Part shown: positions 29,724-39,282 of the stretch, one piece after another
Layout of the letters: every line of letters starts with the position of its first letter
Position numbering within the stretch: position 1 is the first letter of the stretch
NCBI GenBank assembly: GCA_036496285.1
Contig: DASXLI010000055.1
Location: 3,692-67,691 of the forward strand
Reading direction: 5' to 3'
DNA from: Candidatus Binatia bacterium
GTDB lineage: Bacteria; Desulfobacterota; Binatia; UTPRO1
Length of the DNA: 64,000 bases
The notes under the pieces: generated by a model
Told to the model about the DNA's origin: nothing
The model's database searches: none
The model's input: only the letters and a program-made list of their open reading frames with translations
Made by a program: the position numbers and the translations under genes

Positions 29724-30877
29724 CGCGCGTCCGGGCGGAGCCGCCCGATCGCGGCGTCGATCAGCGCGTCGTCCATCCGGTGCACCTCGACGCCCTCGCC
29801 GACCGCGCGCAGCAAGGTGATCGTGAGCTCGCCGCCGAGGTGCTCGCGGAACTCCGCGAGGCCGTCGAGCACCACCCGACGGCGGCCGCTCACGGTGTCG
29901 AGCGCCTCGTCCCAGAGCGGCAGCCCGAGGCGGGCGAGGAGCGTGCGGACGGCCGCACCCGTCGCGGTGTCACACACACCCGCGAGCTCCGCGTAGGTCG
30001 CGTCCATCGCGAGGCCGATCGCGACGGCCTCGCCGTGGCGCAGGCGGTGGCGCGTCATCGACTCGAGCTTGTGCGCCGCCCAGTGGCCGAAATCGAGCGG
30101 GCGGGCGCTGCCGAGCTCGAACGGATCGCCCGAGGTCGCGATGTGGCGCAGGTGCAGCTCGGCGCAGCGCCGGATCAAGGTCTCGAGCGACTCGCGGTCG
30201 CCGCGCGCGAGGGCGTCGGCCGACGACTCGAGCCAGCGGAAGAACGCGGCGTCGCGGATGAGCGCCACCTTCACGGCCTCGGCCATGCCCGCGACGACGT
30301 CGCGGGCTGCCAGCGTCTCGAGGAAGCGGCCATCGTTCACTACGGCGAAGGGCGGCGCGAACACGCCGAGAAAGTTCTTCTTGCCGAACAGGTTGACGCC
30401 GCACTTCACGCCGACGCCGGAGTCGGCCTGCGCCAGCACGCTCGTCGGCACGCGCAGCACGCGCAGGCCGCGGTGCAGGACGGCCGCCGCGTAACCGGCG
30501 AGGTCGAGGAGCGCGCCGCCGCCGACGATCGCGATCACCGCCTGACGATCCATGCCCAGCTCGTTCCAGCGTGTGTGCAGGCGGGCGGCGACCGCCGTGT
30601 CGTTCTTCGCCGCCTCGCCGCCGTCGAGCAGCAGCGGGTCGGCGACGAGCTCGATCGCGTCGCGGTGCTGTTCGGCGTAGGCGGCGATCGCCTCCAGCAG
30701 CCACGGCGACGCCGCGGCGACGTTGCGGTCGACGACCGCGAAGAGGCGGTGGCGGCGCTGCGGCTCGCGGGCGCTCACCGCCTCGCGGAGGCAGCCGTTC
30801 GCCGGCGCGAACGCGTCGCGCGTGAAGAAGACGGGGTACTCGAAGTCGACCGTGACCCGCTGCAGATGACGGTGCAT
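29720..30877 (-). CDS. eboD: 3-dehydroquinate-synthase-like sugar phosphate cyclase family protein (EboD)
   Basis: DHQS-fold motifs (IVGGGALLDLAGYAA, GVKCGVNLFGKKNFLG, HGEAVAIG). Start trimmed to MHRHLQRVTV. Confidence 0.8.
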   Translation of the reverse strand: MHRHLQRVTVDFEYPVFFTRDAFAPANGCLREAVSAREPQRRHRLFAVVDRNVAAASPWLLEAIAAYAEQHRDAIELVADPLLLDGGEAAKNDTAVAARLHTRWNELGMDRQAVIAIVGGGALLDLAGYAAAVLHRGLRVLRVPTSVLAQADSGVGVKCGVNLFGKKNFLGVFAPPFAVVNDGRFLETLAARDVVAGMAEAVKVALIRDAAFFRWLESSADALARGDRESLETLIRRCAELHLRHIATSGDPFELGSARPLDFGHWAAHKLESMTRHRLRHGEAVAIGLAMDATYAELAGVCDTATGAAVRTLLARLGLPLWDEALDTVSGRRRVVLDGLAEFREHLGGELTITLLRAVGEGVEVHRMDDALIDAAIGRLRPDAR

Positions 30878-31023
30878 GGGGGGCTGGGCGTCACCGGCGG
30901 CGCGGTCCGGCCTCGCGTGTGCGCTCAGGCTCGGCTCCGTTCCGGTCTGGGAAGAATAGCGTCGTGCGGGGTCTTCTGCATCAGGGGATCTCGGGGCGCC
31001 TGTCACCCCGCATGCGACGTGGC

Positions 31024-33648
31024 TCAGCGGCGCCAGGCCTCGCCGCCCTCGGCCCACACGCGGTCATGCAATGCGTCCGCGGTCGCCGGGTCGCGCAGCA
31101 GGGCGGCGCGCTCCGACGGGGCGAGCCCGTCGGGACCGTCGGCGACGGCGCGGGCGATGAGCGCCTCGCGGCGGGCGCGAATGGCGGCACGTACCCTCCG
31201 CGGCGCGCCGAGCAGCGCCCGATGCAGCGCCTGCAGGGCCGGATCGACGGCGGCCCATACGAATCCCGCGCGCGGCGCCGGCCGGTCGGCCAGCTCCTCG
31301 ACGTCGCGCAGCTCGCGCGGCGGATCGATCTCCTCCGGAATGAGGAAGAGCCCGCGGGTGCGGGCGCGGTCGCCGAGCGGCACCCGGCTCGCGAAGACCG
31401 AGAGGGGGATCGACAGGATGAGCGCGCCGATGATCGGCATGACCCACCAGAAGTAGTTCGGGTTCAGCCAGAAGAGGCAACCGCCCCAGACGCAGGCGAC
31501 GACCGTGTCGACCCCATGATGCCGGATCGCCTCGGCCCAGCTCGTCTCGGTGTCGTCACGGCCTTGCGACGACCACGTCACCGTGCGGCCCAGCAGGTTG
31601 GTCAGCACGAAACGGCTGTGGAAGACCATGCGGATCGGCGCGAGCAGGCTCGAGACGAGGATCTCGAGCAGCACGCTGAGCGACAGGCGTCCGAGTCCCC
31701 CGTACTTCTTCGCCTCGCGGCGCTTGAAGACGATCAGCGCGACGCTCAGGAACTTCGGCAGGAAGAGGATGATGCCGGTGACCGCGAGGAGCGCGCGCGC
31801 CCAGTTCGGCCGCCAGATCGGCCACGCCGGAAAGAGGCTCGGGCCCGACGGGAAGTAGTTCGGCTCGCGCAGTACGTCGATGATCGCCTGGCTCGTGCTG
31901 AGCGTGAGGAACATGAACCAGAGGAGCGCCGAGACGTACGACAGCACGCCGTTCAGAAAGAGCGCGCGGTGGGCGCCGAAGAGTCCCTCGGTGAAGAGCA
32001 GCCGGAGATGCTGGAGATTGCCCTGGCACCAGCGGCGATCGCGCTTCATCTCCTCGAGCAGGGTCGACGGCACCTCCTCGTAGCTGCCGCTCAGGTCGTA
32101 GGCGAGCCACAGCGTCCAGCCGGCGCGGCCCATGAGCGCCGCCTCGACGAAGTCGTGGCTCAGGATCTCGCCGCCGAGCGGCGGCTTGCCCGGCAGCCGG
32201 GGCAGCGCGCAATGGGCCATGAACGGCGCGACCCGGATGATCGCGTTGTGGCCCCAGTACTGGCCGTCGCCGAGCTGCCAGAAGTGCAGGCCGGCGGCGA
32301 ACATCGGTCCGTAGACCCGGCTGCCGAACTGCTGCACGCGCGCGAAGAGCGAGCGGCGGCTCACTGCCGCCGGCGCCGTCTGGATCATGCCGGCGTCGGG
32401 CCGATGCTCCATGAGCTGCACGAGCCGCACCAGGGTGTCGCCCGTCATGACGCTGTCGGCGTCCAGCATGATCATGTAGCGGTAGTCGCGGCCCCAGCGG
32501 CGGCAGAAGTCGGCGACGTTGCCGCTCTTGCGCCGCAGGCGCACGCGGCGCCGGCGGTAGAAGATGTGATCGAAGCCGCCGACCTCGCGGCACCACGCGA
32601 GCCACGCCGCCTCCTCGCGTACCGCGTGGTCGATGTCGGCCGTGTCGCTCAGCACGAAGAAATGGAAGTGGCGAAGCGCATCGATCCGCGCGAGCGACGC
32701 GTGGATCGCCCGCAGGCCGGCGAAGACGCGGTCGACCGGCTCGGCGCAGATCGGCATGACGATCGCGGTGCGCGTCGCGGCGTCGATCGGCGGCAGGCCG
32801 TCCGCGGGAAGGTTGGTGATCGCGAAGCGCTCGCGCCCGCGCATGAGGGTCACGAACCCGAAGAGCGCCGTCCAGAAGCCGATCGAGATCCAGCTGAAGA
32901 GCGCGCCGAAGAAGACGACGATCGCGACCTCGAGCCATGTGCCGCCCTGGCGCGGCAGCACGTTCACCATGAAGCCGCTCGCGACGATGCTCGGCAGGAA
33001 GACGAGGAAGCCGAGGAGCGCGCGCCGGCGCGCGGCGACGCGGGTCCAGGAGAGCGCGCGGCGCCGGCGGCGTAGCTCGGCGTGGCCGGTCGTGCCTGGG
33101 CCGTCGGGGCGCTTGCCGCGCAGGCGCAGCCAGAGGCGGCGGAGGATGCGCCGCTCGATCGGATCGGGCACCATGCGGCCGCGGTGGAGCGGCGGCGCCG
33201 AGCGGAAGCGCGGCGCGCAGCTCTCGGCGCGGAGCGGCTCCGCGCCGGTGCCCGGCGAGCGGGCAGGTGCGGCGGCGGGCCCGGTCGCACCGCCGGCTCC
33301 GAGCGCCGCGTCGAGACGCCAGGCCGTGAACGGCTCGAGCGTCGGGTCCCACGGATGCGCCGTCCGCGGATGCGCCTCCATCACGAGCGCACGGGTGTAC
33401 GCGAGTGTGTCGGCCATGGCGTCGCCGTCGGCAGTCGCGGCACGCGCCAGGGCCTCGCGAGCGATGCGATCGCACTCGTCCGGCGAGAGGCCGAGCGCCG
33501 CGAGATAGGCGAGCGCATGCGCGTACGCCTCGTCCCAGCGCTGGATCAGGCGCTCGGGCGTGATCGCGATGCGGCCCTCCGGCGCGGGCGGGGGCTCCGT
33601 CCGCTCGCGCGCCCGCAGGTCCGTCGCCTGTCGGATCGGCTCGCTCAT
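31024..33648 (-). CDS. opgH: glucans biosynthesis glucosyltransferase H (OpgH/MdoH, GT2)
   Basis: About 874 aa. GT2 motifs MLDADSVMTGD and RDRRWCQGNLQ. Multiple TM helices on either side of the catalytic domain. Confidence 0.9.
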   Translation of the reverse strand: MSEPIRQATDLRARERTEPPPAPEGRIAITPERLIQRWDEAYAHALAYLAALGLSPDECDRIAREALARAATADGDAMADTLAYTRALVMEAHPRTAHPWDPTLEPFTAWRLDAALGAGGATGPAAAPARSPGTGAEPLRAESCAPRFRSAPPLHRGRMVPDPIERRILRRLWLRLRGKRPDGPGTTGHAELRRRRRALSWTRVAARRRALLGFLVFLPSIVASGFMVNVLPRQGGTWLEVAIVVFFGALFSWISIGFWTALFGFVTLMRGRERFAITNLPADGLPPIDAATRTAIVMPICAEPVDRVFAGLRAIHASLARIDALRHFHFFVLSDTADIDHAVREEAAWLAWCREVGGFDHIFYRRRRVRLRRKSGNVADFCRRWGRDYRYMIMLDADSVMTGDTLVRLVQLMEHRPDAGMIQTAPAAVSRRSLFARVQQFGSRVYGPMFAAGLHFWQLGDGQYWGHNAIIRVAPFMAHCALPRLPGKPPLGGEILSHDFVEAALMGRAGWTLWLAYDLSGSYEEVPSTLLEEMKRDRRWCQGNLQHLRLLFTEGLFGAHRALFLNGVLSYVSALLWFMFLTLSTSQAIIDVLREPNYFPSGPSLFPAWPIWRPNWARALLAVTGIILFLPKFLSVALIVFKRREAKKYGGLGRLSLSVLLEILVSSLLAPIRMVFHSRFVLTNLLGRTVTWSSQGRDDTETSWAEAIRHHGVDTVVACVWGGCLFWLNPNYFWWVMPIIGALILSIPLSVFASRVPLGDRARTRGLFLIPEEIDPPRELRDVEELADRPAPRAGFVWAAVDPALQALHRALLGAPRRVRAAIRARREALIARAVADGPDGLAPSERAALLRDPATADALHDRVWAEGGEAWRR

Positions 33649-33661
33649 GCTCCCGGGCGCC

Positions 33662-35170
33662 TCATTGCACGACCGCGTACGACCACGTCTCGGTGAGGGC
33701 CTCGCCGCCCTTCTCGAGGAAGGCGCGCAGCTCGAGCGTGTCGCGCGTCTGCGGCTGGATCTGGCAGCTCAGGCGCCAGCCGCCCGTGACCTCGTTCTTG
33801 ACGACGTGCTGATCGAGGATCGTCGCCACCTCCTCGCCGTTGAGGATCGTCACTACCCCGCGTAGCACTTCGTTCGCGGGAATGCTCGCCAGCTTGCCGC
33901 CCGCGAAATCGAGGACGAAGCGGTGCGCGTTCGGCACCTTGCCGTAGTCGTGGCGGGTCGCGACGACCTTGCCGGCAGGCGGGATCCTGGGATCGTCGCC
34001 GTACCACGAGAGCACGTACGAGAAGGAGAGCGGCTCGCCCGGCTTGGGTTGCTCGCGTGGCGTCCAGAATCCCACGATGTTGTCGTTCAGCTCGGAGTTG
34101 GTGGGGATCTCGACGAGCTGGACGGCGCCCTCGCCCCAGTCGCCGCGCGGGGTGATCCACGCGCTCGGGCGCACCTCGGGGCGGGTTTCGAGGTCCTCGT
34201 AGTGGACGAAGTCGCGGTCGCGCTGCATGAGCCCGAAGCCCCGCGGGTTCGTCGCCTGGAAGCTGTTCACCTGCACCGCCTTCGGGTCCTCGAGCGGCCG
34301 CCAGAGCCACTCGCCGCTCGCGAGGTGGAGCAGCAGCCCGTCGGAGTCGTGGACCTCGGGCCGGAAGTCGACCGGACGCTCCACGGTGTTCTCACCGAAG
34401 AAGAACATGCTGGTGAGCGGCGCGATGCCGAGGCGCTGCACCGGTTTCCGGAGGAAGATCGTGCTGTCGACCGCGACCGTCGTCTTCACGCCGGGCGTCA
34501 CGACGAAGTGATACGCGCCCGTTACGCTCGGGCTGTCGAGCAGCGCGTACAGCTCGAGCTGCTTGGCCCCCGCGGCCGGCGTCACCAGCCACCACTCGCG
34601 GAAGAAGGGGAACTCCTCCGCCGACGGCAGGCCGGTGTCGATCGCGAGCGCGCGGGCCGACAGGCCGAAGCCCTCGTCCCGCCCGACGGCGCGGAAGTAG
34701 CTGGCGCCGAGGAAGACGATCAGCTCGTCGAGCCGGTTCGCCACCTTCAGCGGATAGTGGACGCGGAACCCGGCGTAGCCGAGGTCGGGCGGGATGCGGC
34801 TCGCGAACGTGTTCTTGCCGTAGTCGAAAAGGGCCGACGAGTATGGGAACGGATGCGGGCCCTGCCGATCGACGACGTTCATCGTGACCGAGCGGTCGTA
34901 GAAGAGGCCCGGATGGAAGAACTGGATGCGGAACGGCGAGCCGGTGTCCGCCCAGAGCGCCTTCTCCGGGCGGAAGCGGATGTCGCGCCACTGGTCATAG
35001 GAGATCTGGAGGAGCCAGTCCGGCACCGTGTCCTTGGTATCGTGGAACTCCTGCTGGGCGAGCTGGCGGGCCTTGGCGGTGACGTCGTCGAGGCCGAACG
35101 CCGCCGCCCGGCCGGCCGGCAGCCATGCGGCGAGCGCGCATAGGAGGAGGGCGCGGGAGCGAAGACGCAT
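33662..35170 (-). CDS. opgG: periplasmic glucan biosynthesis protein OpgG/MdoG
   Basis: Signal peptide. About 502-aa MdoG family. Immediately upstream of opgH. Confidence 0.9.
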   Translation of the reverse strand: MRLRSRALLLCALAAWLPAGRAAAFGLDDVTAKARQLAQQEFHDTKDTVPDWLLQISYDQWRDIRFRPEKALWADTGSPFRIQFFHPGLFYDRSVTMNVVDRQGPHPFPYSSALFDYGKNTFASRIPPDLGYAGFRVHYPLKVANRLDELIVFLGASYFRAVGRDEGFGLSARALAIDTGLPSAEEFPFFREWWLVTPAAGAKQLELYALLDSPSVTGAYHFVVTPGVKTTVAVDSTIFLRKPVQRLGIAPLTSMFFFGENTVERPVDFRPEVHDSDGLLLHLASGEWLWRPLEDPKAVQVNSFQATNPRGFGLMQRDRDFVHYEDLETRPEVRPSAWITPRGDWGEGAVQLVEIPTNSELNDNIVGFWTPREQPKPGEPLSFSYVLSWYGDDPRIPPAGKVVATRHDYGKVPNAHRFVLDFAGGKLASIPANEVLRGVVTILNGEEVATILDQHVVKNEVTGGWRLSCQIQPQTRDTLELRAFLEKGGEALTETWSYAVVQ

Positions 35171-35245
35171 GGGCCCGTACTGTGGCAGCCGCGACCCGGG
35201 AGATAAAGGCCCGCCAATGCGGACCGGGCCTGGACGGCGCCGCGC

Positions 35246-36502
35246 TCAGCGCATGCGGTAGCGGATCGGCAGGGTCTTCAAGCCGCTCACGAAGCTCGAG
35301 CTGACGAGGGCCGGTATGCCGTCGAGCGCGATCGCGTCGACCCGCGACAGCAGCTCGGTGAAGAGCGTCTCGATCTCCATCTTCGCGAGCACCTTGCCGA
35401 GGCAGAGGTGTGCGCCGAAGCCGAACGCGAGGTGCGGGTTGGGATCGCGGTCGACGCGGAAGCGGAACGGGTCGGCGAAGACCTCCTCGTCGCGGTTGGC
35501 CGACGCGTAGCACAGCATCAGGCACTCGCCAGCGCGGATCGTCTGGCCGCGGATCACGTCGTCCTCGGTCGCGGTGCGCAGGAAGTGCTTCACCGGCGTC
35601 GTCCAGCGGATCATCTCGTCGGCGGCCTTGCCGAGGAGGCCGGGGTCGGCGCGCAGCCGCGCCATCTCCTCCGGCTGCTGCAGCAGCGCGAGGAGGCCGC
35701 CCGCGATCGACGAGCTGGTGGTGTCGTGGCCGGCCGTCGCGACGATGACGTAGTACGAGTTGCGCTCGAATTCGGGGATCGGCTGCCCGCCGATTTCCGC
35801 GTTGGCGATCACCGTCGCGAGGTCGTCGCGCGGGGTCCGGCGACGGTCCTCCGTGAGCGCGTTGAAGTAGTTCTGGAAGTCGAACAGCGCTTGCATCAGG
35901 TCGATGTTCTCGCCCTGGCGTCGCATGTCCGGGTCCTCGGGACCGAAGAGCTCCTGCGTCAGCTTCAGCATGAGGGGCTCGTCGGTGCGCGGGACGCCGA
36001 GGAGGCTCATGATGACCCGCAGCGGATACCAGGCGGCGACGTCGCGGACGAAGTCGCAGGCGTCGCGATGCTCGGCCAGGCGGTCGACGAACTCGACCGC
36101 GAGACGCTTGAGCTCCGGCTCGAGCGCGCGCAGGCTGGACTTGAGGAAGCGCGACTGGGTGAAGGCACGGTAGACCCGGTGGTCCGGGTCGTCCATCTGC
36201 ACGAGCGAGCGCACCGGATTCGCGCTGCCGCCGGTGAGCTGGCGGGCGCGATCCTCGGCGACGTGCGTCTGGAGGACGGCGCGCGGCTCGTTGATGTAGC
36301 GGTGGTGCTGGCGCTCGATCTCGATGACGTCGGCGTGCTTCGTCACCGCGCGGAACGGTGGGTAGCCCTCCGCCTCGATCCAGGCGAGCGGCGCGTCGCG
36401 TCGCATCGCCGTGAAGATGGCGTCGAGACGCGCCGGGTTCGCGTAGGTCTTGGGGGAAGCGATCTCGCGATAGTCAGCCGTGGTGACGGGCTCCGCCGTC
36501 AC
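35246..36502 (-). CDS. cytochrome P450
   Basis: Heme-binding loop [11 protein letters not shown]-helix AGHDTT and K-helix ExxR. Confidence 0.9.
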   Translation of the reverse strand: MTAEPVTTADYREIASPKTYANPARLDAIFTAMRRDAPLAWIEAEGYPPFRAVTKHADVIEIERQHHRYINEPRAVLQTHVAEDRARQLTGGSANPVRSLVQMDDPDHRVYRAFTQSRFLKSSLRALEPELKRLAVEFVDRLAEHRDACDFVRDVAAWYPLRVIMSLLGVPRTDEPLMLKLTQELFGPEDPDMRRQGENIDLMQALFDFQNYFNALTEDRRRTPRDDLATVIANAEIGGQPIPEFERNSYYVIVATAGHDTTSSSIAGGLLALLQQPEEMARLRADPGLLGKAADEMIRWTTPVKHFLRTATEDDVIRGQTIRAGECLMLCYASANRDEEVFADPFRFRVDRDPNPHLAFGFGAHLCLGKVLAKMEIETLFTELLSRVDAIALDGIPALVSSSFVSGLKTLPIRYRMR

Positions 36503-37925
36503 CCGGCGACGCCCATGACGGCCTTCACCTCGAGGAACTCCTCGAACCCGTACTCACCCCACTCGCGGCCGTTGCCCGATTGCTTGTAGCCGCCGAAGGG
36601 CGCGGCGAAATCCGGCCCGGCGCCGTTCAGGTGGACGTTCCCCGTGCGCAGGCGGGCGCCGACGCGCAGCGCGCGCTCGGGGTTGCCCGATGCGACGTAG
36701 CCCGAGAGGCCGTACGGCGTGTCGTTGGCGATGCGGATCGCGTCTTCCTCGTCATCGTAGGGGAGGATCGCCAGCACCGGGCCGAAGACCTCCTCGCGCG
36801 CGATCGTCATGTCGTTCCGCACGTTGGCGAAGACGGTGGGCCGGACGTAGTAGCCCTTGCTCAGGCCCTCGGGGCGGCCGGGGCCGCCGGTGACGAGCTC
36901 GGCGCCTTCCTGCACACCGCGTTCGATCAATCCCTGGATCTTGTCGAACTGCATCTTGCTGACGACCGGGCCGATCGTCGTACCGTCGGTCTTCGGGCTA
37001 CCGACCCGCACGCCTTCGGCCGCGGCCTTGGCGATCGCGACGGCCTCGGCGTGCCGGGTGCGCGGCACCAGCATGCGCGTCGGCGCGTTGCACGACTGGC
37101 CGCTGTTGGTGAAGCAGGTGCGCACGCCGCCCTGGACGGCGCGCTGCAGGTCGGCGTCGTCGAGGATGATGTTGGCCGACTTGCCGCCGAGCTCCTGCGC
37201 GACGCGCTTCACGGTGTCGGCGGCCGTCTTCGCGACCTGGACGCCGGCGCGTGTGGAGCCGGTGAACGAGACCATGTCGATTCCCGGATGCGAGGAGATC
37301 GCGGTGCCGACGGTCGGCCCGTCGCCGTTCACGAGATTGAAGACGCCGGGCGGCACGCCGGCCGCATCGAGGATCTCGGCGACCAGGATGCCGGAGAGCG
37401 GCGCGATCTCGCTCGGCTTCAGCACCATCGTGCAGCCGGCGGCGAGCGCGGGCGCGACCTTGCACATGATCTGGTTCACCGGCCAGTTCCACGGCGTGAT
37501 GAAGCCGCAGACGCCGACCGGCTCGCGCAGGATGCGCGTCGTGCCCTTGTTCTCGACGAACGTGTAGGTGCGGAGCACCTCGAGGGCCTGCGCCAGATGC
37601 GCCAGGCCGGACGGCGCCTGCGCCGCCTTCGCGAGCCACATCGGCGCGCCCATCTCGGCGGAGATCGTCTCCGCGAGATCGTCGAGCCGCGCCTGGTAGG
37701 CGCCCATGATGCGCTCGAGCAGCGCGATGCGCTCCTCACGTGTCGTGCGACCGTAGGTCTCGAAGGCGCGGCGCGCGGCGGCGACCCCTTGTCGACGTCG
37801 GCGGCGCTGCCGAGGCTGATGCGGCCGATCGCTTCCTCCGTGGAGGGGTCGATGACGTCGAGCGTCTTGGGCGTCGTGGGCGGAACCCAGCGGCCGTCGA
37901 TGTAGAAATTGAGGCATTCCTTCAT
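36499..37925 (-). pseudogene. NAD(P)-dependent aldehyde dehydrogenase interrupted by a single -1 frameshift (possible sequencing error in a C4/G4 run)
   Basis: The N-terminus [14 protein letters not shown]...AADVDK (listed ORF 37476..37925) continues in another frame as [12 protein letters not shown]... of the listed 552-aa ORF. The catalytic Cys ([13 protein letters not shown]) and [10 protein letters not shown] are intact downstream. The frame change is at about 37785-37788 (cccc). Confidence 0.7.
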
Positions 37926-37961
37926 GGGGATCTCCTTCGCGTGCGCGCGTCGGCGCGCGAT

Positions 37962-39152
37962 TCAGTCGAGACGCTCGATGATGGTGGCGTTGGCCATGCC
38001 CCCGCCCTCGCACATCGCCTGCAAGCCGAAGCGGCCGCCAGTGCGCTCGAGGATGTTGAGGAGCGTGGTCATGAGGCGTGCGCCGCTGCAGCCGAGCGGA
38101 TGCCCGAGCGCGATCGCGCCGCCGTTCAGGTTGGTCTTGCGGAGATCGGCCTTGCACTCGCGCTCCCAGGCCAGGATGACCGGCGCGAAGGCCTCGTTGA
38201 TCTCGACGACGTCGATGTCCTTGAGCGTCATGTCGGCGCGCTCGAGGACGTTGCGGGTGGCGGGAATCGGGCCGGTCAGCATGATCACCGGGTCGACGCC
38301 GCCGAGCGCGAAGGTGTGGAAGCGGGCGCGGGGCCGGAAGCCGAGCGCCTTGGCGCGCTCCTTCTCCATCACCAGTACGGCAGCCGCGCCGTCGGTGATC
38401 TGGCTCGAGTTGCCCGCGGTGATCACCCCGTCCGGCTTGAAGGCGGGCTTCAGCGCCCCCAGCTTGTCGATCGAGCTGTCCGGCCGGACGCCTTCGTCGC
38501 TGGCGATGACGTCACGCGAGCCGTCGGGACGCCGCACGTCGACCGGGACGATCTCGTTGGCGAACCAGCCGTTGCGCGCGGCGGCCGCCGCCTTGCGGTG
38601 CGACTCGACCGAGTAGGCGTCGAGCTCCTCGCGCGAGAGCTTCCACTTGTCGGCGATGATCTCGGCCGACAGGCCCTGCTGGACGAGGCCGCCCGCGCCG
38701 TACAGGTTCTCGTCGACGTAGCGCTGGATCATCGTCGGCCCGAAGGGCTGGCCGCCCGCGGCGACGCTCGTGCCCATCGGCACCCGGCTCATCGACTCGA
38801 CGCCGGCGGCGACCACGCAATCGTAGGCGCCTGCGATCACGCCCTGCGCCGCGAAGTGCAGCGACTGCTGGCTGGAGCCGCACTGCCGGTCGACGGTCGT
38901 GCCGCACACGCTGTCCGGGAAGCCGGCGGCGAGGGCGGCGTTGCGGCCGACGTTCAGGCCCTGCTCGCCGACCTGGCTCACGCACCCCATGATGACGTCC
39001 TCGATCTCGGCGGGATCGATGCCGACGCGTTTCACGAGCGCGCGCAAGGTATGCGCGGCGAGATCGACGGGGTGCACGGGGTAGAGCGCACCGGTCTGCT
39101 TCCCTCGGCCCAGCGGGGTGCGAACGGCATCGACGATCACGGCTTCACGCAT
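37962..39152 (-). CDS. acetyl-CoA C-acyltransferase (thiolase)
   Basis: Thiolase active-site regions [10 protein letters not shown] and [11 protein letters not shown]. Confidence 0.9.
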   Translation of the reverse strand: MREAVIVDAVRTPLGRGKQTGALYPVHPVDLAAHTLRALVKRVGIDPAEIEDVIMGCVSQVGEQGLNVGRNAALAAGFPDSVCGTTVDRQCGSSQQSLHFAAQGVIAGAYDCVVAAGVESMSRVPMGTSVAAGGQPFGPTMIQRYVDENLYGAGGLVQQGLSAEIIADKWKLSREELDAYSVESHRKAAAAARNGWFANEIVPVDVRRPDGSRDVIASDEGVRPDSSIDKLGALKPAFKPDGVITAGNSSQITDGAAAVLVMEKERAKALGFRPRARFHTFALGGVDPVIMLTGPIPATRNVLERADMTLKDIDVVEINEAFAPVILAWERECKADLRKTNLNGGAIALGHPLGCSGARLMTTLLNILERTGGRFGLQAMCEGGGMANATIIERLD

Positions 39153-39282
39153 GGGATCTCCTTCGGCGAATGAGCTCGGCGGCCCGGGGTATCGCCCAAA
39201 CCGTCACTCTGCTGCAAGCGCGGACGTCGTTCAACTGCCCCCCGCTGCGCGGTGCCCCACGCGGCGGAGTGGCGCCTCCGTC

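Noticed and set aside
31556-33475. 639-aa minus-strand ORF in an alternative frame inside opgH.
   Set aside because: It has the same strand and extent as opgH but a different frame and an Arg/Pro/Ala-rich composition. The opgH frame carries the GT2 DxD and QxxRW motifs.
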